Shown here piece by piece: positions 1 through 11,400 of a stretch of 64,000 nucleotides of DNA. The stretch covers positions 1,736,001-1,800,000 of the forward strand of contig CAXHJY010000096.1 of NCBI GenBank assembly GCA_964016885.1, written 5' to 3'. Source of the stretch: Eledone cirrhosa (lineage: Eukaryota). Position numbers and translations under genes: made by a program. The notes under the pieces were generated by a model. The model did not search any database. It was not told where the DNA came from and was given only the letters and a program-made list of their open reading frames with translations. Each line of letters starts with the position of its first letter. Positions within the stretch are counted from its first letter, which is position 1.

Positions 1-769
1 AGCCGTCCAAGGGGAGATAAATTCCAGCCTCCAAGGTGAGATAATTTCCAGCCAGCCAAGGGGAGATAATTTGTAAAAAAATCAGGGGGAGATAATTTGT
101 AAAAAAAATCAGGGGGAGATAATTTGTAAAAAAAAATCAGGGGGAGATAATTTGTAAAAAAAATCAGGGGGAGATAATTTGTAAAAAAAATTAAGGGGAG
201 ATAATTTCCAGCCGTCCAAGGGGAGATAATTTCCCGCCAGCCAAGGGAAGATAATATTTAAAAAAATCAGGCGGAGATAATTTGTAAAAAAAATCAGGGG
301 GAGATAATTTGTAAAAAAATCAGGGGGAGATAATTTGTAAAAAAAAAATCAGGGGGAGATAATTTGTAAAAAAAATCAGGGGGAGATAATTTGTAAAAAA
401 AAATCAGGGGTAGATAAATTGTAAAAAAAAATCAGGGGGAGATAATTTGTAAAAAAAATCAGAGGGAGATAATTTGTAAAAAAAATGAAAGGGGAGATAA
501 TATCCAGCCGTCCAAGGGGAGATAATTTCCAGCCGTCCAAGGGGAGATAATTTCCAGCCGTCCAAGGGGAGATAATTTCCATCCTTCCAAGGGGATATAA
601 TTTCCAGCCGTCCAAGGGGAGATAATTTCCCGCCAGCCAAGGGAAGATAATTTTTAAAAAAATCAGGCGGAGATTGTAAAAAAAATCAGGGGGGAGATAA
701 TTTGTAAAAAAATCAGGGGGAGATAATTTGTAAAAAAAAATCAGGGGGAGATAATTTGTAAAAAATACT

Positions 770-2135
770 CAGGGGGAGATAATTTGTAAAAAAAAATCAA
801 GGGGAGATAATTTCCAGCCGTCCAAGGGGAGGTAATATCTAGCCGTCCAAGGGGAGATAATTTCCAGCCGTCCAACGGGAGATAATTTCCAGCCGTCCAT
901 GGGTAGATAATATCCAGCCGCCCAAGGACATATTTTCCAGCCGTCCAAGGAGAGGTAATTTCTAGCCGTCCAAGGGGAGATAATTACAGCCGTCCAAGGG
1001 TAGATAATATCCAGCCGTCCAAGGACATATTTTCCAGCCGTCCAAGGAGAGGTAATTTCTAGCCGTCCAAGGGGAGATAAATTCCAGCCTCCAAGGGGAG
1101 ATAATTTCCAGCCAGCCAAGGGGAGATAATTTGTAAAAAAATCAGGGGGAGATAATTTGTAAAAAAAATCAGGGGGAGATAATTTGTAAAAAAAAATCAG
1201 GGGGAGATAATTTGTAAAAAAAAATCAGGGGGAGATAATTTGCAAAAAAAATCAGGGGGAGATAATTTGTAAAAAAAAATCAGGGGTAGATAATTTGTAA
1301 AAAAAAATCAGGGGGAGATAATTTGTAAAAAAAAATCAGGGGGAGATAATTTGTAAAAAAAATCAAGGGGAGATAATTTCCAGCCGTCCAAGGGAAGATA
1401 ATTTCCAGCCCTCCAAGGGGCTATAATTTCCAGCGTCCAAGGGGAGATAATTTCCAGCCAGCGAAGGGGAGATAATTTTTTTTAAAAAATCATTGGGAGA
1501 TTTGTAAAAAAAATCAGGGGGAGATAATTTGTAAAAAAAATCAAGGGGAGATAATTTCCAGCCGTCCAAGGGGAGGTAATATCTAGCCGTCCAAGGGGAG
1601 ATAATTTCCAGCCGTCCAACGGGAGATAATTTCCAGCCGTCCATGGGTAGATAATATCCAGCCGCCCAAGGACATATTTTCCAGCCGTCCAAGGAGAGGT
1701 AATTTCTAGCCGTCCAAGGGGAGATAATTTCCAGCCGTCCAAGGGTAGATAATATCCAGCCGTCCAAGGACATATTTTCCAGCCGTCCAAGGAGAGGTAA
1801 TTTCTAGCCGTCCAAGGGGAGATAAATTCCAGCCTCCAAGGGGAGATAATTTCCAGCCAGCCAAGGGGAGATAATTTGTAAAAAAATCAGGGGGAGATAA
1901 TTTGTAAAAAAAATCAGGGGGAGATAATTTGTAAAAAAAAATCAGGGGGAGATAATTTGTAAAAAAAAATCAGGGGGAGAAAATTTGCAAAAAAAATCAG
2001 GGGGAGATAATTTGTAAAAAAAAATCAGGGGTAGATAATTTGTAAAAAAAAATCAGGGGGAGATAATTTGTAAAAAAAAATCAGGGGGAGATAATTTGTA
2101 AAAAAAATCAAGGGGAGATAATTTCCAGCCGTCCA
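770..2135 (+). repeat. Local tandem duplication, offset 744-745 bp
   Basis: Rare variants CCAACGGG, CCATGGGTAG and CCGCCCAAGGACAT recur: 901 matches 1645 and 1021 matches 1766. Confidence 0.9.
1133..1379 (+). repeat. Representative run of monomer B (9 units; A-tract lengths 7,8,9,9,8,9,9,9,8)
   Basis: Parsed directly. Units are 26-28 bp and the last ends TCAAGGGGAGATAATTT before the next A run. Confidence 0.95.
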
Positions 2136-2741
2136 AGGAGAGATAATTTTAAAAAAAATCAGGCGGAGATAATTTGTAAAAAAAAATCAGGGGGAGATAA
2201 TTTGTAAAAAAAATCAGGGGGAGATAATTTGTAAAAAAAAATCAGGGGTAGATAATTTGTAAAAAAAAATCAGGGGGAGATAATTTGTAAAAAAAAATCA
2301 GGGGGAGATAATTTGTAAAAAAAATCAAGGGGAGATAATTTCCAGCCGTCCAAGGAGAGATAATTTAAAAAAAAATCAGGGGGAGATAATTTGTAAAAAA
2401 AATCAAGGGGAGATAATTTCCAGCCGTCCAAGGGGAGATAATTTTCAGCCGTCCAAGGGGAGATAATTTCCCGCCAGCCAAGGGAAGATAATATTCAAAA
2501 AAATCAGGCGGAGATAATTTGTAAAAAAAATCAGGGGGAGATAATTTGTAAAAAAATCAGGGGGAGATAATTTGTAAAAAAAAAATCAGGGGGAGATAAT
2601 TTGTAAAAAAAATCAGGGGGAGATAATTTGTAAAAAAAAATCAGGGGTAGATAATTTGTAAAAAAAAATCAGGGGGAGATAATTTGTAAAAAAAAATCAG
2701 GGGGAGATAATTTGTAAAAAAAATGAAAGGGGAGATAATAT

Positions 2742-3140
2742 CCAGCCGTCCAAGGGGAGATAATTTCCAGCCGTCCAAGGGGAGATAATTTCCAGCCGTC
2801 CAAGGGGAGATAATTTCCATCCTTCCAAGGGGATATAATTTCCAGCCGTCCAAGGGGAGATAATTTCCATCCTTCCAAGGGGATATAATTTCCAGCCGTC
2901 CAAGGGGAGATAATTTTCAGCCGTCCAAGGAGAGGTAATTTCTAGCCGTCCAAGGAGAGATAATTTCCAGCCGTCCAAGGGGAGATAATTTCCAGCCGTC
3001 CAAGGGGAGATAATTTCCAGCCGTCCAAGGAGACATATTTTCCAGCCGTCCAAGGAGAGGTAATTCCTAGCCGTCCAAGGGGAGATAAATTCCAGCCTCC
3101 AAGGGGAGATAATTTCCAGCCAGCCAAGGGGAGATAATTT
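2742..3140 (+). repeat. Representative long run of monomer A (16 units: 15 x 25 bp and one 24 bp)
   Basis: Parsed unit by unit from 2742 at a 25-bp period. The 24-bp variant CCAGCCTCC starts at 3092 and the terminal variant CCAGCCAGCC at 3116. Confidence 0.95.
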
Positions 3141-4429
3141 GTAAAGAAAATCAGGGGGAGATAATTTGTAAAAAAAATCAGGGGGAGATAATTTGTAAAG
3201 AAATCAGGGGGAGATAATTTGTAAAAAAAATCAGGGGGAGATAATTTGTAAAAAAAATCAGGGGGAGATAATTTGTAAAAAAAAATCAGGGGGAGATAAT
3301 TTGTAAAAAAAATCAAGGGGAGATAATTTCCAGCCGTCCAAGGGAAGATAATTTCCAGCCCTCCAAGGGGCTATAATTTCCAGCGTCCAAGGGGAGATAA
3401 TTTCCAGCCAGCGAAAGGGAGATAATTTTTTAAAAAAAATCATTGGGAGATTTGTAAAAAAATCAGGGGGAGATAATTTGTAAAAAAAATCAAGGGGAGA
3501 TAATTTCCAGCCGTCCAAGGAGAGGTAATATCTAGCCGTCCAAGGGGTGATAATTTCCAGCCGTCCAAGGGGAGATAATTTCCAGCCGTCCAAGGGTAGA
3601 TAATATCCAGCCGTCCAAGGACATATTTTCCAGCCGTCCAAGGAGAGGTAATTTCTAGCCGTCCAAGGGGAGATAAATTCCAGCCTCCAAGGTGAGATAA
3701 TTTCCAGCCAGCCAAGGGGAGATAATTTGTAAAAAAATCAGGGGGAGATAATTTGTAAAAAAAATCAGGGGGAGATAATTTGTAAAAAAAAATCAGGGGG
3801 AGATAATTTGTAAAAAAAATCAAGGGGAGATAATTTCCAGCCGTCCAAGGGGAGATAATTTTCAGCCGTCCAAGGGGAGATAATTTCCCGCCAGCCAAGG
3901 GAAGATAATATTTAAAAAAATCAGGCGGAGATAATTTGTAAAAAAAATCAGGGGGAGATAATTTGTAAAAAAATCAGGGGGAGATAATTTGTAAAAAAAA
4001 AATCAGGGGGAGATAATTTGTAAAAAAAATCAGGGGGAGATAATTTGTAAAAAAAAATCAGGGGTAGATGAATTGTAAAAAAAAATCAGGGGGAGATAAT
4101 TTGTAAAAAAAATCAGGGGGAGATAATTTGTAAAAAATATGAAAGGGGAGATAATATCCAGCCGTCCAAGGGGAGATAATTTCCAGCCGTCCAAGGGGAG
4201 ATAATTTCCAGCCGTCCAAGGGGAGATAATTTCCATCCTTCCAAGGGGATATAATTTCCAGCCGTCCAAGGGGAGATAATTTCCCGCCAGCCAAGGGAAG
4301 ATAATATTTAAAAAAATTAGGCGGAGATAATTTGTAAAAAAAATCAGGGGGAGATAATTTGTAAAAAATCAGGGGGAGATAATTTGTAAAAAAAATCAGG
4401 GGGAGATAATTTGTAAAAAAAATCATGGG

Positions 4430-5440
4430 GAGATAATTTGTAAAAAAAAATCAGGGGTAGATAATTTGTAAAAAAAAATCAGGGGGAGATAATTTGTAAA
4501 AAAAAATCAGGGGGAGATAATTTGTAAAAAAAATCAAGGGGAGATAATTTCCAGCCGTCCAAGGGGAGATAATTTTCAGCCGTCCAAGGAGAGGTAATTT
4601 CTAGCCGTCCAAGGGGAGATAATTTCCAGCCGTCCAAGGGGAGGTAATTTCCAGCCGTCCAAGGGGAGATAATTTTAAAAAAAAAATCAGGCGGAGATAA
4701 TTTGTAAAAAAAATCAAGGGGAGATAATTTGCAGCCGTCCAAGGGGAGATAATTTTCAGTCGTCCAAGGAGAGGTAATTTCTAGCCGTCCAAGGGGAGAT
4801 AATTGCCAGCCGTCCAAGGGGAGATAATTTCCAGCCGTCCAAGGGGAGATAATTTTTTTTAAAAAATCAGGCGGAGATAATTTGTAAAAAAAATCAGGGG
4901 GAGATAATTTGTAAACAAAATCAGGGGGAGATAATTTGTAAAAAAAAATCAGGGGTAGATAATTTGTAAAAAAAAATCAGGGGGAGATAATTTGTAAAAA
5001 AAAATCAGGGGGAGATAATTTGTAAAAAAAATCAAGGGGAGATAATTTCCAGCCGTCCAAGGGGAGATAATTTTCAGCCGTCCAAGGAGAGGTAATTTCT
5101 AGCCGTCCAAGGGGAGATAATTTCCAGCCGTCCAAGGGGAGGTAATTTCCAGCCGTCCAAGGGGAGATAATTTAAAAAAAAAAATCAGGCGGAGATAATT
5201 TGTAAAAAAAATCAAGGGGAGATAATTTGCAGCCGTCCAAGGGGAGATAATTTTCAGTCGTCCAAGGAGAGGTAATTTCTAGCCGTCCAAGGGGAGATAA
5301 TTGCCAGCCGTCCAAGGGGAGATAATTTCCAGCCGTCCAAGGGGAGATAATTTTTTTTAAAAAATCAGGCGGAGATAATTTGTAAAAAAAATCAGGGGGA
5401 GATAATTTGTAAACAAAATCAGGGGGAGATAATTTGTAAA
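4430..5440 (+). repeat. Local tandem duplication, offset 498 bp
   Basis: TCAGGGGTAG at 4451 and 4949. AAGGGGAGATAATTTTCAGTCG at 4741 and 5239. Also present in the higher-order copies near 15.9, 27.3, 34.9 and 48.0 kb. Confidence 0.9.
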
Positions 5441-8400
5441 AAAAAATCAGGGGGAGATAATTTGTAAAAAAAATCATGGAGAGATAATTTCCAGCCGTCC
5501 AAGGGGAGATAATTTCCAGCCTTCCAAGGAGACATATTTTCCAGCCGTCCAAGGCGAGGTAATTTCTAGCCGTCCAAGGGGAGATAAATTCCAGCCTCCA
5601 AGGGGAGATAATTTCCAGCCAGCCAAGTGGAGATAATTTGTAAAAAAATCAGGAGGAGATAATTTGTAAAAAATATCAGGGAGATAATTTGTAAAAAAAA
5701 ATCAGGGGGAGATAATTTGTAAAAAAAATCAGGGGGAGATAATTTGTAAAAAAAAATCAGGGGGAGATAATTTGTAAAAAAAATCAAGGGGAGATAATTT
5801 CCAGCCGTCCAAGGGGAGATAATTTTCAGCCGTCCAAGGGGAGATAATTTCCCGCCAGCCAAGGGAAGATAATATTTAAAAAAATCAGGCGGAGATAATT
5901 TGTAAAAAAAATCAGGGGGAGATAATTTGTAAAAAAATCAGGGGGAGATAATTTGTAAAAAAAAAATCAGGGGGAGATAATTTGTAAAAAAAATCAGGGG
6001 GAGATAATTTGTAAAAAAAAATCAGGGGTAGATAATTTGTAAACAAATATCAGGGGGAGATAATTTGTAAAAAAAAATCAGGGGGAGATAATTTGTAAAA
6101 AAAATGAAAGGGGAGATAATATCCAGCCGTCCAAGGGGAGATAATTTCCAGCCGTCCAAGGGGATATAATTTCCAGCCGTCCAAGGGGAGATAATTTCCA
6201 TCCTTCCAAGGGGATATAATTTCCAGCCGTCCAAGGGGAGATAATTTCCCGCCAGCCAAGGGAAGATAATTTTTAAAAAAATCAGGCGGAGATTGTAAAA
6301 AAAATCAGGGGGGAGATAATTTGTAAAAAAATCAGGGGGAGATAATTTGTAAAAAATAATCAGGGGGAGATAATTTGTAAAAAAATTCAAGGGGAGATAA
6401 TTTCCAGCCGTCCAAGGGGAGATAATTTCCCGCCAGCCAAGGGAAGATAATATTTAAAAAAATCAGGCGGAGATTGTAAAAAAAATCAGGGGGGAGATAA
6501 TTTGTAAAAAAATCAGGGGGAGATAATTTGTAAAAAAAATCAGGGGGAGATAATTTGTAAAAAAATCAGGGGGAGATAATTTGTAAAAAAAATCAGGGGG
6601 AGATAATTTGTAAAAAAAATCATGGGGAGATAATTTGTAAAAAGAAATCAGGGGTAGATAATTTGTAAAAAAAAATCAGGGGGAGATAATTTGTAAAAAA
6701 AAATCAGGGGAGATAATTTGTAAAAAAAATCAAGGGGAGATAATATCCAGCCGTCCAAGGAGAGATAATTTTTAAAAAAAATGAGGCGGAGATAATTTGT
6801 AAAAAAAAAATCAGGGGGAGTTAATTTGTAAAAAAAAATGAGGGGGAGATAATTTGTAAAAAAATCAAGGGGAGATAATTTCCAGCCGTCCAAGGGGAGA
6901 TAATTTTCAGCCGTCCAAGGAGAGGTAATTTCTAGCCGTCCAAGGGGAGATAATTTCCAGCCGTCCAAGGGGAGGTAATTTCCAGCCGTCCAAGGGGAGA
7001 TAATTTTAAAAAAAAAATCAGGCGGAGATAATTTGTAAAAAAAATCAAGGGGAGATAATTTGCAGCCGTCCAAGGGGAGATAATTTTCAGTCGTCCAAGG
7101 AGAGGTAATTTCTAGCCGTCCAAGGGGAGATAATTTCCAGCCGTCCAAGGGGAGATAATTTCCAGCCGTCCAAGGGGAGATAATTTTTTTTAAAAAATCA
7201 GGCGGAGATAATTTGTAAAAAAAATCAGGGGGAGATAATTTGTAAACAAAATCAGGGGGAGATAATTTGTAAAAAAAAATCAGGGGGAGATAATTTGTAA
7301 AAAAAATTAGGCGTAGATAATTTGTAAAAAAAAATCAGGGGGAGATAATTTGTAAAAAAAAATCAGGGGGAGATAATTTGTTTAAAAAATCAAGGGGAGA
7401 TAATTTGCAGCCGTCCAAGGGGAGATAATTTTCAGCCGTCCAAGGAGAGGTAATTTCTAGCCGTTCAAGGGGAGATAATTTCCAGCCGTCCAAGGGGAGA
7501 TAATTTCCAGCCGTCCAAGGGGAGATAATTTTTTTTTAAAAATCAGGCGGAGATAATTTGTAAAAAAAAATCAGGGGGAGATAATTCGTAAAAAAAAATC
7601 AGGGGGAGATAATTTGTAAAAAAAAATCAGGGGGAGATAATTTGTAAAAAAAATCAAGGGGAGATAATTTCCAGCCGTCCAAGGGGAGGTAATATCTAGC
7701 CGTCCAAGGGGAGATAATTTCCAGCCGTCCAAGGGGAGATAATTTCCAGCCGTCCAAGGGGAGATAATTTCCAGCCGTCCAAGGAGACATATTTTCCAGC
7801 CGTCCAAGGCGAGGTAATTTCTAGCCGTCCAAGGGGAGATAAATTCCAGCCTCCAAGGGGAGATAATTTCCAGCCAGCCAAGGGGAGATAATTTGTAAAA
7901 AAATCAGGGGGAGATAATTTGTAAAAAATATCAGGGAGATAATTTGTAAAAAAAAATCAGGGGGAGATAATTTGTAAAAAAAATCAGGGGGAGATAATTT
8001 GTAAAAAAAAATCAGGGGGAGATAATTTGTAAAAAAAATCAAGGGGAGATAATTTCCAGCCGTCCAAGGGGAGATAATTTTCAGCCGTCCAAAGAGAGGT
8101 AATTTCTAACCGTCCGAGGAGAGATAATTTCCAGCCGTCCAAGGGGAGATAATTTCCAGCCGTCCAAGGGGAGATAATTTCCAGCCGTCCAAGGAGACAT
8201 ATTTTCCAGCCGTCCAAGGAGAGGTAATTTCTAGCCGTCCAAGGGGAGATAAATTCCAGCCTCCAAGGGGAGATAATTTCCAGCCAGCCAAATGGAGATA
8301 ATTTGTAAAAAAATCAGGGGGAGATAATTTGCAAAAAAAATCAGGGGGAGATAATTTGTAAAAAATAATCAGGGGGAGATAATTTCCAGCCGTCCAAGGG

Positions 8401-11400
8401 GAGATAATTTAAAAAAAAATCAGGCGGAGATAATTTGTAAAAAAAAATCAGGGGGAGATAATTTGTAAAAAAAAATCAGGGGGAGATAATTTGTAAAAAA
8501 AATCAAGGGGAGATAATTTCCAGCCGTCCAAGGGAAGATAATTTCCAGCCCTCCAAGGGGCTATAATTTCCAGTGTCCAAGGGGAGATAATTTCCAGCCA
8601 GCGAAGGGGAGATAATTTTTTTTAAAAAATCATTGGGAGATTTGTAAAAAAAATCAGGGGGAGATAATTTGTAAAAAAAATCAAGGGGAGATAATTTCCA
8701 GCCGTCCAAGGGGAGGTAATATCTAGCCGTCCAAGGGGAGATAATTTCCAGCCGTCCAAGGGGAGATAATTTCCAGCCGTCCCAGGGTAGATAATATCCA
8801 GCCGCCCAAGGACATATTTTCCAGCCATCCAAGGAGAGGTAATTTCTAGCCGTCCAAGGGGAGATAAATTCCAGCCTCCAAGGGGAGATAATTTCCAGCC
8901 AGCCAAGGGGAGATAATTTGTAAAAAAATCAGGGGGAGATAATTTGTAAAAAAAATCAGGGGGAGATAATTTGTAAAAAAAATCAAGGGGAGATAATTTC
9001 CAGCCGTCCAAGGAGAGATAATTTTAAAAAAAATCAGGCGGAGATAATTTGTAAAAAAAAATCAGGGGGAGATAATTTGTAAAAAAAATCAGGGGGAGAT
9101 AATTTGTAAAAAAAAATCAGGGGTAGATAATTTGTAAAAAAAATCAGGGGGAGATAATTTGTAAAAAAAAATCAGGGGGAGATAATTTGTAAAAAAAATC
9201 AAGGGGAGATAATTTCCAGCCGTCCAAGGAGAGATAATTTTAAAAAAAATCAGGCGGAGATAATTTGTAAAAAAAAATTAGGGGGAGATAATTTGTAAAA
9301 AAAAATCAGGGGGAGATAATTTGTAAAAAAAATCAAGGGGAGATAATTTCCAGCCGTCCAAGGGGAGATAATTTTTAGCCGTCCAAGGGGAGATAATTTC
9401 CCGCCAGCCAAGGGAAGATAATATTCAAAAAAATCAGGCGGAGATAATTTGTAAAAAAAATCAGGGGGAGATAATTTGTAAAAAAATCAGGGGGAGATAA
9501 TTTGTAAAAAAAAAAATCAGGGGGAGATAATTTGTAAAAAAAATCAGGGGGAGATAATTTGTAAAAAAAAATCAGGGGTAGATAATTTGTAAAAAAAAAT
9601 CAGGGGGAGATAATTTGTAAAAAAAAATCAGGGGGAGATAATTTGTAAAAAAAATGAAAGGGGAGATAATATCCAGCCGTCCAAGGGGAGATAATTTCCA
9701 GCCGTCCAAGGGGAGATAATTTCCAGCCGTCCAAGGGGAGATAATTTCCATCCTTCCAAGGGGATATAATTTCCAGCCGTCCAAGGGGAGATAATTTCCA
9801 TCCTTCCAAGGGGATATAATTTCCAGCCGTCCAAGGGGAGATAATTTTCAGCCGTCCAAGGAGAGGTAATTTCTAGCCGTCCAAGGAGAGATAATTTCCA
9901 GCCGTCCAAGGGGAGATAATTTCCAGCCGTCCAAGGGGAGATAATTTCCAGCCGTCCAAGGAGACATATTTTCCAGCCGTCCAAGGAGAGGTAATTCCTA
10001 GCCGTCCAAGGGGAGATAAATTCCAGCCTCCAAGGGGAGATAATTTCCAGCCAGCCAAGGGGAGATAATTTGTAAATAAAATCAGGGGGAGATAATTTGT
10101 AAAAAAAATCAGGGGGAGATAATTTGTAAAAAAAAATCAGGGGGAGATAATTTGTAAAAAATAATCAGGGGGAGATAATTTGTAAAAAAAATCAAGGGGA
10201 GATAATTTCCAGCCGTCCAAGGGGAGATAATTTTCAGCCGTCCAAGGGGAGATAATTTCCCGCCAGCCAAGGGAAGATAATATTTAAAAAAATTAGGCGG
10301 AGATAATTTGTAAAAAAAATCAGGGGGAGATAATTTGTAAAAAAATCAGGGGGAGATAATTTGTAAAAAAAATCAGGGGGAGATAATTTGTAAAAAAAAT
10401 CAGGGGGAGATAATTTGTAAAAAAAAATCAGGGGGAGATAATTTGTAAAAAAAATCAAGGGGAGATAATTTCCAGCCGTCCAAGGGAAGATAATTTCCAG
10501 CCCTCCAAGGGGCTATAATTTCCAGCGTCCAATGGGAGATAATTTCCAGCCAGCGAAGGGGAGATAATTTTTTTTAAAAAATCATTGGGAGATTTGTAAA
10601 AAAAATCAGGGGGAGATAATTTGTAAAAAAAATCAAGGGGAGATAATTTCCAGCCGTCCAAGGGGAGGTAATATCTAGCCGTCCAAGGGGAGATAATTTC
10701 CAGCCGTCCAAGGGGAGATAATTTCCAGCCGTCCAAGGGTAGATAATATCCAGCCGTCCAAGGACATATTTTCCAGCCGTCCAAGGAGAGGTAATTTCTA
10801 GCCGTCCAAGGGGAGATAAATTCCAGCCTCCAAGGTGAGATAATTTCCAGCCAGCCAAGGGGAGATAATTTGTAAAAAAATCAGGGGGAGATAATTTGTA
10901 AAAAAAATCAGGGGGAGATAATTTGTAAAAAAAAATCAGGGGGAGATAATTTGTAAAAAAAAATCAGGGGGAGATAATTTGTAAAAAAAAATCAGGGGGA
11001 GATAATTTGTAAAAAAATCAAGGGGAGATAATTTCCAGCCGTCCAAGGGGAGATAATTTTCAGCCGTCCAAGGGGAGATAATTTCCCGCCAGCCAAGGGA
11101 AGATAATATTTGAAAAAATCAGGCGGAGATAATTTGTAAAAAAAATCAGGGGGAGATAATTTGTAAAAAAATCAGGGGGAGATAATTTGTAAAAAAAAAA
11201 TCAGGGGGAGATAATTTGTAAAAAGAATCAGGGGGAGATAATTTGTAAAAAAAAATCAGGGGTAGATAAATTGTAAAAAAAAATCAGGGGGAGATAATTT
11301 GTAAAAAAAATCAGGGGGAGATAATTTGTAAAAAAAATGAAAGGGGAGATAATATCCAGCCGTCCAAGGGGAGATAATTTCCAGCCGTCCAAGGGGAGAT

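Noticed and set aside
541-550. Shine-Dalgarno-like GGAG/AGGAG motifs
   Set aside because: They are part of the repeat core, are followed by TAA, and have no downstream plus-strand ORF.
1133-1379. Phased A-tract DNA curvature
   Set aside because: The 27-28-bp spacing is about 2.6 helical turns, so neighbouring tracts are out of phase and bends would not add coherently.
4317-4322. Telomere-like motifs TTAGGC and TCAGG within B monomers
   Set aside because: They occur singly inside a longer monomer and never in tandem. Inherited variant order and kb-scale duplications fit recombination, not telomerase synthesis.
4848-4868. T-run/A-run quasi-palindromes (ATTTTTTTTAAAAAAT) as terminators or hairpins
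   Set aside because: AT-only stems in junction monomers, with no GC stem and no upstream gene.
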